From assembly GCA_965199755.1 (NCBI GenBank), contig CBDASZ010000001.1, positions 352,001-416,000 of the forward strand: 64,000 bases of DNA, read 5' to 3'. Below, in pieces: positions 1 to 9,512 of the stretch. Below the pieces are notes generated by a model that saw nothing but the letters and a program-made list of their open reading frames with translations, did not search any database and was not told the DNA's origin. Source of the stretch: an uncultured candidatus Porisulfidus sp. (GTDB taxonomy: Bacteria; Pseudomonadota; Gammaproteobacteria; Poriferisulfidales; Poriferisulfidaceae). Position 1 is the first letter of the stretch; each line of letters begins with the position of its first letter. The translations under genes were made by a program, and so were the position numbers.

Positions 1-149
1 ATTCCTGAGTGTGGTTGTGAGCTGGAAAAGCGCAGATTAGTCAGCCTTCTTGTAGAAGGCATAGATCAGGGTCTTTGTGATAAAGGAACTTAACACAAAC
101 CCCTTTTGTGTCTCATATATCGCCGAATATGATTTACAAAAATGCAGGC

Positions 150-2873
150 TTACTGAGCCAATCCGGCCTCCAGTTGCACGGCGCAGAACTTGAACTCCGG
201 GATCTTCCCAAGCGGATCCAGTTCCTCGTGGGTCAGCAGATTCGCAGCGGCTTCCTGATAACAGAACGGGGTGAACACCTGACCGGGCATCAAACCCGGA
301 TCAACCCGTGTCGCGCATTCAATCGCACCGCGGCGTGAGCGCAAGGTTACAGGGGCACCGTCCTCAAGTCCCAGATCGTCGGCGTCCGTGGGCGACAGGA
401 ATGCGACGGCTTGCGGTTCCAGTGCGTTCAGTGTCTGTGAACGGCGTGTCATGGAGCCGGTATGCCAGTGCTCCAGCAGGCGTCCGGTGATCAGAATGTA
501 TGGGTAGCTCTGATCAGGCAGTTCGGCGGCTTCCCGAAATGCGGCAGGGACCAGATTGGCGCGACCACTGGCAGTGGGGAACTCATCCTGAAAGATCACT
601 TCCTGACCGGGGTCTTCGTCACTCGTACACGGATAGGTGACGGAGCCGTTTTGCTCCAGTCGCTCCCAAGTGATGCCCTGAATCGTATCCATGCACTGGC
701 GCATTTCCTCGAATACATCTTGGGCTTCCATTTCGGGCCAGTCCAGTCCCAGGCGCTGCGCGATTTGCTGAATGATCCACAGGTCTTGGCGGGCATCTCC
801 CGGCGGCGGATGGGCGGGGCGGCCGAGTTGCACACGGCGGTCGGTGTTGGTGTAGGTGCCAGTTTTCTCCATGGCGGCGGAGGCGGGCAGGATGACATCG
901 GCGTAGGCTGCGGTTTCGGTCAGAAACAGGTCTTGCACAACCAGATGGCGCAAGGTGCCGAGTGCAGCGCGTACGTGATGCAGATTGGGGTCGGACATGG
1001 CCGGATTCTCGCCCATGATGTACATCCCTTGGATGTCACCGCGATGTGCGGCCTGCATGATCTCGACTACCGTCAGACCTGGGCGAGAATCGAGGCTCAT
1101 TCCCCACAACTGCTCGAAGCGTTGTTGCGCAGGCGCATGGTCGATGCGCTGGTAGTCGGGATAGACCATCGGGATGAGTCCGGCATCTGAGGCACCTTGT
1201 ACGTTGTTTTGTCCGCGCAAGGGGTGCAGGCCGGTGCCGCGGCGTCCGATCTGGCCGGTGATTAGCGAGAGCGCAATCAGACAGCGCGCGTTATCAGTGC
1301 CGTGCGTGTGTTGTGAGATGCCCATCCCCCAGAAGATCATGGAGGCGGAGGCGGTGGCGAACAGACGCGCGGCTTCTCTGATTTGGGTTGCCTCCACGCC
1401 GCACAGGCTCTGCACACGTTCCGGGGCGTAGTCGCGCACGTGTGCTTTGAGTTCTTCAAAGCCGTCAACACGCGCCTCAATGAAAGAGTGATCAACCCAG
1501 CCTTCTTCAATGATGGTGTGCAGCAGGGCGTTGAGCAGGGCAACATCCGTGTCTGGGTTGAATTGCAGGAACAGGGAGGCTTGTCTTGCCAGATCGGTCT
1601 GGCGCGGGTCCATGACGATCAGATTCTTGCCGTCGCGTGCGGCGTTTTTCATAAAGGTGGCGGCGACCGGATGATTACCGGTCGGATTGGCACCGATGAC
1701 CAGAATGGTCTCCGCGTAGGCGACATCGCTGACCGGGTTGGAGACGGCACCTGAACCGATGTCGGCCAGCAAGGCGGCAACGGAGGAGGCGTGGCACAGT
1801 CGGGTGCAGTGATCGACATGGTTGTTGCGGAATCCGCAACGCACCAGTTTCTGAAACAGATACGCCTCTTCATTGGTGCCTTTGGCGGAACCGAATCCGG
1901 CCAGTGCTTCAGGCCCTTTCTCTTCACGCAACGTAAGCAGGCCCTGCGCTGCCTGATCTAGCGCTTCATCCCAACTCGCGGGGCGAAACCATCCGCGAAT
2001 TTCCTCACTGGAGACTTCGTTCAGGTCGAAGTCTTTGGGTGCGTCGTCGCGGCGTATCAGCGGCTCTAGCAGTCGGTCCGGATGGTAGGCGTAGTCGTAG
2101 CCATAGCGCCCCTTGACGCATAGCCGGCCATGATTGGAGGGGCCGTCGCGGCCATGTACTTCGACAATACGATCATTTTGAACACGCCAGCTCAGCAGAC
2201 AGCCGACACCGCAGTAGGGACAGACGGAATCCACTTCACGCATCGCGTCATCGGCGATAGAGGTGGATTGCAGGGCACCGGTCGGGCAGGCGCTGACGCA
2301 TTCACCGCAGCCGACGCAGGAACTCTTACCCATGGGATCACTCAGATCAAAGGAGATCAGCGCTTTTGCTCCGCGCTGGACGTAAGCAATCACATCATTG
2401 TTCTGAACTTCGCGACACGCACGCACGCAGCGGGTACACTGGATGCAGGCATCCAGTTGTACGCGGATGGCCGGATGAGAGAGATCGGCGGGTGGTTGTT
2501 CGCGGCTAGGAAAGCGCGGTTCAGGGACGTCAAGTTTGCGGGCCCAGCTGTGCAATTCGCAGTCCGAGTCGCGTTGCTCCTGCATATCAGACAGCAGCAA
2601 CTCCAGCACCATCTTCTGTGCGTCTTTCGCGCGTGTGTTTGCACTGCGCACCACCATGTCCGTGGTGGGGACACGGGTGCAAGCGGGTTGCAGGGCGCGT
2701 TCTCCTTCGATTTCGACCATGCAGGCGCGGCAATTGCCATCGGCGCGCAAGTCGTCGGTGTAGCACAGATGCGGGATCTCAATCTGGTGTCGCTGCGCGG
2801 CTTGCAGGATGGTTTCTCCTTCCTGTGCTTCAATGCGGGTGTCGTTGAGCAGAAATGAGGTGGCGCCCATCAT
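150..2873 (-). CDS. fdhF: NAD-dependent formate dehydrogenase alpha subunit (Mo/W-bis-PGD, FdhF/Fdh1A type)
   Basis: N-terminal [2Fe-2S] (HLC..GNCRAC), two CxxCxxC ferredoxin motifs, CPYCGVGC, catalytic RLCHAS (Cys, not Sec), RGQNNVQG. No Tat signal. Start set at the ATG overlapping the upstream TGA (ATGA). Confidence 0.93.
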   Translation of the reverse strand: MMGATSFLLNDTRIEAQEGETILQAAQRHQIEIPHLCYTDDLRADGNCRACMVEIEGERALQPACTRVPTTDMVVRSANTRAKDAQKMVLELLLSDMQEQRDSDCELHSWARKLDVPEPRFPSREQPPADLSHPAIRVQLDACIQCTRCVRACREVQNNDVIAYVQRGAKALISFDLSDPMGKSSCVGCGECVSACPTGALQSTSIADDAMREVDSVCPYCGVGCLLSWRVQNDRIVEVHGRDGPSNHGRLCVKGRYGYDYAYHPDRLLEPLIRRDDAPKDFDLNEVSSEEIRGWFRPASWDEALDQAAQGLLTLREEKGPEALAGFGSAKGTNEEAYLFQKLVRCGFRNNHVDHCTRLCHASSVAALLADIGSGAVSNPVSDVAYAETILVIGANPTGNHPVAATFMKNAARDGKNLIVMDPRQTDLARQASLFLQFNPDTDVALLNALLHTIIEEGWVDHSFIEARVDGFEELKAHVRDYAPERVQSLCGVEATQIREAARLFATASASMIFWGMGISQHTHGTDNARCLIALSLITGQIGRRGTGLHPLRGQNNVQGASDAGLIPMVYPDYQRIDHAPAQQRFEQLWGMSLDSRPGLTVVEIMQAAHRGDIQGMYIMGENPAMSDPNLHHVRAALGTLRHLVVQDLFLTETAAYADVILPASAAMEKTGTYTNTDRRVQLGRPAHPPPGDARQDLWIIQQIAQRLGLDWPEMEAQDVFEEMRQCMDTIQGITWERLEQNGSVTYPCTSDEDPGQEVIFQDEFPTASGRANLVPAAFREAAELPDQSYPYILITGRLLEHWHTGSMTRRSQTLNALEPQAVAFLSPTDADDLGLEDGAPVTLRSRRGAIECATRVDPGLMPGQVFTPFCYQEAAANLLTHEELDPLGKIPEFKFCAVQLEAGLAQ

Positions 2874-4519
2874 TGCACCTCTTCGGGGAAGTGGCGCAAG
2901 ACCGACTGCAGCGGATTCGGAGCCGCTTGCCCCAGTCCACAGATCGAAGCGTCGCGCATGGTTTGGGACAACTCGTTGAGCAGGTCGGTATCCCAATGTT
3001 TCTCGCGCATCAGTGCGCTGGCCTTGCTGGTGCCGACGCGACAAGGGGTGCATTTGCCGCAGGATTCGCGGGCGAAGAAGGCCATGGCGTTACGTGCCGC
3101 ATCGCTGGCGCGATCGGCGTCGGACAGCACGATGACCGCACCGGAACCGAGAAAGCAGTTGTGTTGCATCATGGTGTCGAAGTCCAGAGGCAGGTCACCG
3201 AGATACGCGGGCAGGATACCACCACTGGCTCCGCCGGGGAAATAGCCGTAGAACTCGTGGCCTGGCAGCATGCCGCCACCGTACTCATCAATCAGTTCGC
3301 GTACGCTGATGCCGGCGGGGGCGAGGTGAACTCCGGGGATTTGGATGCGACCGCTGAGCGAGTATGAGCGCAGTCCGTGGCGTCCGCGGCGTCCGTGGTT
3401 GCGGTACCAGTCGGCACCATGCTCCAGAATCTTCGGAATCCACATCAGGGTTTCCATATTGTGTTCCAGAGTTGGCTGTCCGAACAGGCCGATTTCGGCA
3501 ATGAATGGGGGACGCAGGCGCGGCATGCCGCGGCGACCTTCAATGGATTCGATCATGGCGGATTCCTCGCCGCAGATATAGGCACCGGCACCACGGCGTA
3601 ACTCGATTGCCGGTAAGTCTGAATCAGACTCGCGCAGTTCTTGCAGCAGGGTCTCCAGCATCAGACGCACTCCGGTGTATTCGTCACGAATGTAGATGTA
3701 AACTGCTTGTGCCTCGATTAGATGAGCGGCCATCAGCATACCTTCGAGAAACGCATGCGGCTCGCGCTCTAGCCAGTAACGGTCCTTGAAGGTTCCCGGT
3801 TCGCCCTCGTCGATATTGACAGCGAGTAGGCGAGGGGGAGGGTAACTGCGCACGATTTGCCACTTGCGTGCGGCAGGGAAACCAGCACCTCCCAGACCGC
3901 GCAAGGTGGCGTACTCCATTGTGTCGATCAGTTGTTGGGGGTCCAGTTCCTTGCGCCGCAGGCGCATATAGTGGGCATAGGCTCCAGCCTCCTGAGCTTC
4001 GGCGCAACTTGGGACTGCTGGCGGCGTGTCTCCCAAAGCCCGTTCGCTCAAGGCCTGTGTGACCTCCTTAAGGTTGGCGTGTCCGATTGGGTGCTGTCCC
4101 GCCACGGCTACAGGGGCGGTATCGCAACGACCGACGCAAGAGACCGCTTGAATGCGCACATCGGGGAAGTTTGCGCGTAACTCATCAGCCAGTTCCAAAC
4201 CGCCCGCCATCGCGCAACTGATGGAGTCGCAAACGCGAACCGTGATCTCAGGAGGGTGGGTCTGGCCGTCCGTAATGTCGAAGTGATGATAGAAGGAAGC
4301 GACTTCGTGGACTTCTGCCACCGAAAGTTTCAGCCAGTCGGCTAGTGCAACTAGATGTTCCGGCGACAGGAAGCCGAAATGATCCTGCAACACGTGCAGA
4401 TGCTCCAGTAGCAGGTCGCGTCTTGCGGGTATGGGCTCCAATAGGTGCACGATGTCTTCACGGGCAACTGTAGAGACAGGTCGACCGCGTGGTTTGCGGG
4501 ATGCTTGGGACGGTGGCAT
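2870..4519 (-). CDS. formate dehydrogenase beta (diaphorase) subunit, NuoE-NuoF fusion
   Basis: CDSISC/CVGRC 2Fe-2S region, LRGLGGAGFP, NIDEGEPGTFKD, GAGAYICGEES, SCGKCTPCR and SICGLG motifs. Confidence 0.92.
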   Translation of the reverse strand: MPPSQASRKPRGRPVSTVAREDIVHLLEPIPARRDLLLEHLHVLQDHFGFLSPEHLVALADWLKLSVAEVHEVASFYHHFDITDGQTHPPEITVRVCDSISCAMAGGLELADELRANFPDVRIQAVSCVGRCDTAPVAVAGQHPIGHANLKEVTQALSERALGDTPPAVPSCAEAQEAGAYAHYMRLRRKELDPQQLIDTMEYATLRGLGGAGFPAARKWQIVRSYPPPRLLAVNIDEGEPGTFKDRYWLEREPHAFLEGMLMAAHLIEAQAVYIYIRDEYTGVRLMLETLLQELRESDSDLPAIELRRGAGAYICGEESAMIESIEGRRGMPRLRPPFIAEIGLFGQPTLEHNMETLMWIPKILEHGADWYRNHGRRGRHGLRSYSLSGRIQIPGVHLAPAGISVRELIDEYGGGMLPGHEFYGYFPGGASGGILPAYLGDLPLDFDTMMQHNCFLGSGAVIVLSDADRASDAARNAMAFFARESCGKCTPCRVGTSKASALMREKHWDTDLLNELSQTMRDASICGLGQAAPNPLQSVLRHFPEEVQ

Positions 4520-4523
4520 GGAA

Positions 4524-5069
4524 TCAGCGCAACAGGGCAGTGAAGAACTCTATAGATTCAGAAGAGTCCCACTCGCGAATGCCGCTGACCCAATAGAGTG
4601 CGTGGCCGTCTTGATCAAGTAGGAAGGTGGTCGGCAGAGCACGGATTCGCCAGTCGCTCAGGGCTAAATTCGCATCCACTAGAATCGGGAAATTGACCGG
4701 TGTTTCGCTCAGAAATTCCTGCATTTCTGGCGAGGGTCCAGAGTGAATTCCGATAATTTGGAGGCGCTCTGGGTCCATCGCCTGTTGCAGGCGGTTTAGT
4801 GCCGGCATCTCTTCACGACAGGGGGTGCACCACGTCGCCCAGAAGTTGATCAGCAGCATTTGCCCTCGTTCCTGACTCAATTGCCAGTGGTTGCCGTCGA
4901 GATCCGGCAAGGTGAAGTCTGGAGCCAGCCGGCCGGAGGCCGGATTCATGAACTTTCCAGTTGTGTCAGGTTTCAACTCTTCGGTTGTTTTAGTTTCCAG
5001 GAGGTATAGATAGCTTGAAATACCAAGGGCAAAGGCGCCGACCGCGGCGATGATCAGCAGTTGCTTCAT
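4524..5069 (-). CDS. membrane-anchored TlpA/ResA-family thioredoxin
   Basis: N-terminal hydrophobic anchor, APDFTL, NFWATWCTPC, LPTTFLLD. Confidence 0.9.
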   Translation of the reverse strand: MKQLLIIAAVGAFALGISSYLYLLETKTTEELKPDTTGKFMNPASGRLAPDFTLPDLDGNHWQLSQERGQMLLINFWATWCTPCREEMPALNRLQQAMDPERLQIIGIHSGPSPEMQEFLSETPVNFPILVDANLALSDWRIRALPTTFLLDQDGHALYWVSGIREWDSSESIEFFTALLR

Positions 5070-6439
5070 GGTTCGATTCCCAGTGTGTTGTCGTGGGCCC
5101 AGTTAGGGTCTTCCGCGCTCAGATCTCCGATGGGCGCGGCGAAGGCGTCAGCGACGATTTCCGGGATGTTGGCACCGGTGAGGGAGCGCAAGAAGGCTTC
5201 GAGATCCTGCTTTTCCTGCTCGCTCAGGCTCAGGGGGAAGATAAGGGGCGAGAGCAGTTCGTTCGGGATGCCGCCCTGATCGTAGAACTCAATCACTTCG
5301 CGTAAGGTGCTGAGTTGGCCGTTGTGCATGTATGGGGCGCTGAGTGCGATGTTGCGCAGGCTCTGGGTGCGGAACTTCCAGCGGTCGTTGGGGTTTTCAG
5401 TGACGCGATAGAGGCCGAGATCATTGGGCAGTTTCTGTTGCGTTACGGCGGCGATTTTCTCGTTGTCTACATCCACGAAAACACCCGGGGCGAGTTGTAC
5501 GCGGGTGGTTTCTGATTCATTGCCAACCTTTTTGCCGAATGAGACGGCATAGCCGAGACCGGTATTGTGAAACTGCTGATCGGTGAACAGGGCGTGTTCC
5601 TTGTTGATGGTGTGACAGGCGATGCAGTTCGCCTTGCCGGAGAAGACCGAGAAGCCGCGTTTGACGGATTCGTCCACGGCATCAGGCTGATTGCTGAAAT
5701 GCCAGCGATCGAAAGGGGAGTCCCCGGTGAGCAGGGTGCGCTGATAACTGGCTAGCGCTTGTCCGATGGTCACAATGCTTGGTGTGGCACCGTCGAAGGC
5801 GCGTTCGAACAGGCCGTCGTAATCTTTCATGCGCTGAATCTTGTTAATCACCCAGCCGATCGAGGGCGCGGCCATTTCATTGTGCGCGGTGATGGGCTGC
5901 CAGACTTGGTTCTCCAGACTGAACTCGCGACCGTCCAGAAACAGTCGGATCAAATAAGCGCTGTTGTATAGGCTTGGTGAGTTGCGCAGCACGGAGCGGC
6001 CTTCGACACCGACGGCAGTACGCATTTCATTATTGGTGAAGCCCTGTTCCGGGACATGGCAGGTGGCGCAGGAGAAGGTGTCATTGATCGACAGGCGGCG
6101 ATCGAAGAACAGCTTGCGACCCAGATCAATTTTGGTTCGGGTTAGCGGATTGTCAGTCGGGATGGGGACTGCGGGCAGTCCCAGAGGCGGGTTTTGCACA
6201 TAGCGGATCAGATCTTTCTTGACCCCACGGCGCTTTTCCAGACTGCGAGAGCGTGTCGTATAGTCATCGCTTTCGTAGCCTTCCTTGACGTCTCCCGGAC
6301 CTTGCGTGTGGGTGGCGTCAAACTGATCGGAGGCGTCGACCTCACCACTGGTTTGCGCCCAGACCGAAACGGACAGGGCACTGCCGCATGCGATGCCGAG
6401 GACGGCACAGAGAGTATCGGGCGAACGGCGCATGGCCAC
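5066..6439 (-). CDS. di-haem cytochrome c peroxidase/MauG-family protein (candidate MtoX maturase)
   Basis: Signal peptide, LGRKLFFD, CATCH and CIACH haem motifs, RNSPSL, LRNIALSAPYMHNG. Lies downstream of mtoX and SCO. Start GTG 6439 or ATG 6433. Confidence 0.88.
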   Translation of the reverse strand: MAMRRSPDTLCAVLGIACGSALSVSVWAQTSGEVDASDQFDATHTQGPGDVKEGYESDDYTTRSRSLEKRRGVKKDLIRYVQNPPLGLPAVPIPTDNPLTRTKIDLGRKLFFDRRLSINDTFSCATCHVPEQGFTNNEMRTAVGVEGRSVLRNSPSLYNSAYLIRLFLDGREFSLENQVWQPITAHNEMAAPSIGWVINKIQRMKDYDGLFERAFDGATPSIVTIGQALASYQRTLLTGDSPFDRWHFSNQPDAVDESVKRGFSVFSGKANCIACHTINKEHALFTDQQFHNTGLGYAVSFGKKVGNESETTRVQLAPGVFVDVDNEKIAAVTQQKLPNDLGLYRVTENPNDRWKFRTQSLRNIALSAPYMHNGQLSTLREVIEFYDQGGIPNELLSPLIFPLSLSEQEKQDLEAFLRSLTGANIPEIVADAFAAPIGDLSAEDPNWAHDNTLGIEP

Positions 6440-6441
6440 GC

Positions 6442-7134
6442 TCAGCCGGATGAAGCCTCCATCAGGAGCGTTTCCAGGTCCGCAATCAGGATGTCGGCAT
6501 GCAAGAACGAAACACTGTATATGTTGCGCACGCGCAAGTCCTGATCAATCAGATAGACCCGAAGCATGTGTGCGAAGTCGCCGGTGTAGTTGCCTTCCTC
6601 ATCGTATTCGCGCAGGGTGTATTGCCCGTAGTCCTCCAAAATGGGTTCCAGAGTTTCGCGATCCTTGGTGGTCAGGAACTGCCAGTCCACGCCTTCGCCA
6701 CCGAGTCCCTTGCCAAACTTGCGCATGGTTTCAGGGCTGTCGCGTTCGGGATCGAAGGATATGGAGAGCAGCCGGGAGGCTTGCGCCAGTTCCGGGCGCG
6801 CTTTCAGTTTGGCGTGCAACTTGTGGAATACGGCGTTGGCCAGCGGGCAGCCGTTGAGGTCAGAGCACTTGGTGTAGATGAAACTAAACAGTACCAGACG
6901 GTCACCCATCAGATCGAACAACTGGGTGGATTGCCCGTCTTCTTTCAGCACACTGCCGTCTGCGGCCTGCATGATGGGCGGCAACTGGTAGGTGCCTGGG
7001 GCGGGTGGCTCGTAGCTGAGTGTGCGCCATCCGGGCGCGAGAATTTCGTCGCGGCGATCAGAGGCGACCGCGGTGAGGCTCAGGCATAGCAAGAGCACAG
7101 GGGCGAGGATTCGCGAGCGGGGGCAGTGTGTCAT
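6442..7134 (-). CDS. SCO1/SenC-family copper chaperone
   Basis: Signal peptide, FIYTKCSDLNGCP, SISFDPERD, conserved His in AHMLRVYLID. Start moved to ATG 7134 because the longer ORF overlaps mtoX and a terminator. Confidence 0.88.
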   Translation of the reverse strand: MTHCPRSRILAPVLLLCLSLTAVASDRRDEILAPGWRTLSYEPPAPGTYQLPPIMQAADGSVLKEDGQSTQLFDLMGDRLVLFSFIYTKCSDLNGCPLANAVFHKLHAKLKARPELAQASRLLSISFDPERDSPETMRKFGKGLGGEGVDWQFLTTKDRETLEPILEDYGQYTLREYDEEGNYTGDFAHMLRVYLIDQDLRVRNIYSVSFLHADILIADLETLLMEASSG

Positions 7135-7182
7135 GGTCGGGAAAGTGGTATGTGTTTGACTATTGTATGTTGCGGTAGTTCC

Positions 7183-7213
7183 AAAAACAAAAGCCGCCCC
7201 TCGCGGGGCGGCT
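7183..7213 (-). terminator. intrinsic terminator downstream of mtoX
   Basis: Minus strand AGCCGCCCC-GCGA-GGGGCGGCT followed by TTTGTTTTT. Confidence 0.85.
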
Positions 7214-7255
7214 CTGTAGTGCCAGAGTCGAAGTCGTGAGACTTCGACGGAATCT

Positions 7256-8596
7256 TTATTCCGCGCTGGCGACGCGGTTGTCGTCAGGACGTTTGCCGTA
7301 CAGGGAGTAGGCACCAAAACGCATCTGATGCGACCGTCCGAGTTTCTCGGCATAGAAGTCAATCGTCCACTGATGGGCTAGTGCCTCGCCGTCCCAGTGG
7401 TACAGCTTGACGTACTGCTCATCCGCTTCTCCGGCCTTGTCCCAATTGCCTAGCAGGGAACTGGAGAAATAGACACGCTCACCGTCCCAGCTTTGCGAGA
7501 CCATGTTGACTTGTGAGCCGATCGCTTCCTCAAACACCTGATGCGGTGCATGCGGATCAGAGATGTCGAAGAAACGGGTCTTGCCGTCCATGAACGTGTT
7601 GATCCACAGGCCGTTGTCGTCCGCGGTGATGGAGATGTCTACCGGCAGAGGCACAGCGGAAGGCTCTCCGACGGAAGCAACAGCTTTGCCTTGCCATTCG
7701 CCGCTCTCATCTTCGTACAGCAGCCAGAGCTGAGAGGTCAGCGCGGTGGTGGTGAAGCAGTAGCGGTGATTCGGATCCCAGGCACAACGAATTTCGAGCG
7801 GGGCACCGGGCACGTCGAGTACCTTTATCGGGTTGCGCGTGTGCATGTCCCAGACCACCATGGTGTTGCCGAAACGCTGCATGGCTTCGCTGTCCTGCAG
7901 CATCTGGCCGAAGTCCATCATGTAGTTGGACCAGCCGGTGAAGGATGAGGTGAGCATGACATTGCTTTCCGCCTTCACGCGCACATCGTAGCCATAGCCG
8001 TCGGCGTGCTGGCCAGTTTTGACAGCGCCGCGCAGGTCTTCATCAGTCGGCATCCAGTGTGATGCGACAAACTCGCCGGCGTTGTTGTATTCCGCCAGTC
8101 CAGTGCGTCCGCCGTGATCAGCGTTGTTGGACAGTGCCGAGATCATGACTCGGCCGGGCAGAGCGTAGAAGGTGTGCGGGCCAACCATGCCGCCGGTTTT
8201 CTCGACGAAGTCGGTGATGACCTTGTGCAGGCTCGGCTGACGCGGGTTGCTGTGAATGTCAAACACGAAAATCTTGTTTGAGTCCAGACCGCCGGCCCAC
8301 AGATATTTGCGGTCATCGGATAGTCCAGAGTGATGTGCCTCGTTACGGCCACCGACTGACAGCACGCTGACAATGGAGCCATAAGTAGCGGAGTCGGGGT
8401 TGGTGTCGATGGTGACCAGTTTGTCCTGCTCGTCACCGATTCCTTCAACACCCAGCGTCCAGACATAAACGTAGTCTTCCTGGCCTTGAATCTTGGCGAT
8501 GTAGGGGGACATGCAGGTCTCATCCGCGTGTGCTGGCATTGTCCAGACCATTGCGGCCGCCATCACCAGGCCCGTGCTAAATAGAGTTTTCTTCAT
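7256..8596 (-). CDS. mtoX: methanethiol oxidase (SBP56/selenium-binding protein family)
   Basis: Sec signal then DETCMSPY, GQEDYVYVWTLG, EAHH, GPHT, GYGYD, SSFTGW and SSLLGNWDK (the two conserved Trp). GAGGA RBS before ATG 8596. Classic SCO/MauG neighbourhood. Confidence 0.92.
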   Translation of the reverse strand: MKKTLFSTGLVMAAAMVWTMPAHADETCMSPYIAKIQGQEDYVYVWTLGVEGIGDEQDKLVTIDTNPDSATYGSIVSVLSVGGRNEAHHSGLSDDRKYLWAGGLDSNKIFVFDIHSNPRQPSLHKVITDFVEKTGGMVGPHTFYALPGRVMISALSNNADHGGRTGLAEYNNAGEFVASHWMPTDEDLRGAVKTGQHADGYGYDVRVKAESNVMLTSSFTGWSNYMMDFGQMLQDSEAMQRFGNTMVVWDMHTRNPIKVLDVPGAPLEIRCAWDPNHRYCFTTTALTSQLWLLYEDESGEWQGKAVASVGEPSAVPLPVDISITADDNGLWINTFMDGKTRFFDISDPHAPHQVFEEAIGSQVNMVSQSWDGERVYFSSSLLGNWDKAGEADEQYVKLYHWDGEALAHQWTIDFYAEKLGRSHQMRFGAYSLYGKRPDDNRVASAE

Positions 8597-8685
8597 GAGT
8601 TTCCTCGTAGGTTGTGCGTTGTTATCCTGGCGATTGGGACCGTGCCACGAGCGACGCACGCAGCCTCCCGAATTGCCTGCCCCCC

Positions 8686-8713
8686 ATTATGGCGTAATCT
8701 GGGCGGGCGTCAA
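8686..8713 (-). promoter_or_regulatory. putative sigma70 promoter for mtoX
   Basis: TTGACG-16 nt-CATAAT on the minus strand, about 90 nt upstream of the start codon. Confidence 0.6.
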
Positions 8714-8783
8714 GTGCGGGCGCGAAAGGCAATGTGATAGTATCGGGTGGCGAAACCCAAGGGTGCCCACATCAGGCGAAATA

Positions 8784-9512
8784 ATGCACGAAGGAGCCGT
8801 ATCCGTTCATTCCGAATTTCGGAAATCGAGAAAGCGTCGAGTTCGCCGTGGCGAAGCCACGAACGATCTGGTAGTCAGCGCAAGCGCGGAGGGGAATGAG
8901 CAAGTATTTCCACGCATTCTTGATCTTTATGTGGGTTCGGGGAGCGTGGTCGCTGACGTGACTTATGGCAAGGGAGTCTTCTGGCGTCACGTGCCTGACG
9001 ACAAGTACACACTTCTGCCGAGTGACATTCAGGACGGGGTCGATTGCCGCAAACTGCCGTATAGAGACGGGGAGATTGACTGTGTGATTTTTGATCCGCC
9101 TTATATGCACTCACCAGGCGGGACCGCCCACGAGGGCCATACCCCGTTCGAAGAGCACTACCGCAATAACGGCACGGGCAATCAGACGGCCAGCAAGTAT
9201 CACGAGGCTGTGCTCGACTTGTATCAGGATGGTGGGAGTGAGGCGTGGCGCGTTTTGCGGGAGCGGGGTGTGCTGATCGTCAAGTGTCAGGACGAGGTGT
9301 GTTCCAATCGCCAGCGATTCACGCATGTCGAGATCATGCAGATGTATGAAGAGATGGGTTTTGTGGCCGAAGATTTGTTCGTCGTGATGCGCAAAAATCG
9401 CCCAGGAGTGAGTCGTGCTGTTCGGCAGGTGCACGCGCGCAAGAATCACTCTTACTTTCTGGTGTTTTGGAAGCGTGATGCGACGAAGCGGCGCTGGAAT
9501 CCTCCGAAATGA
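8784..9512 (+). CDS. amino (N6-A/N4-C) DNA methyltransferase
   Basis: SAM-binding-like ADVTYGKGVFW, catalytic FDPPY, LIVKCQD, HARKNHSYFLVF. Start uncertain. Confidence 0.8.
   Translation: MHEGAVSVHSEFRKSRKRRVRRGEATNDLVVSASAEGNEQVFPRILDLYVGSGSVVADVTYGKGVFWRHVPDDKYTLLPSDIQDGVDCRKLPYRDGEIDCVIFDPPYMHSPGGTAHEGHTPFEEHYRNNGTGNQTASKYHEAVLDLYQDGGSEAWRVLRERGVLIVKCQDEVCSNRQRFTHVEIMQMYEEMGFVAEDLFVVMRKNRPGVSRAVRQVHARKNHSYFLVFWKRDATKRRWNPPK

Noticed and set aside
1-93. Possible 3' end of a plus-strand gene
   Set aside because: Only 30 open codons with no recognisable motif, so it cannot be supported.
1790-1820. Selenocysteine in the FDH, given a neighbouring selenium-binding-family gene
   Set aside because: The catalytic position is an ordinary Cys codon (RLCHAS) with no in-frame TGA, and the SBP56 protein is best read as methanethiol oxidase.
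8511-8783. N-terminal extensions in the ORF track (methyltransferase, fdh alpha, sco, gmk, ppk2, hda, metY1)
   Set aside because: They overlap neighbouring genes or promoters. Downstream starts fit family N-termini and RBS positions better.
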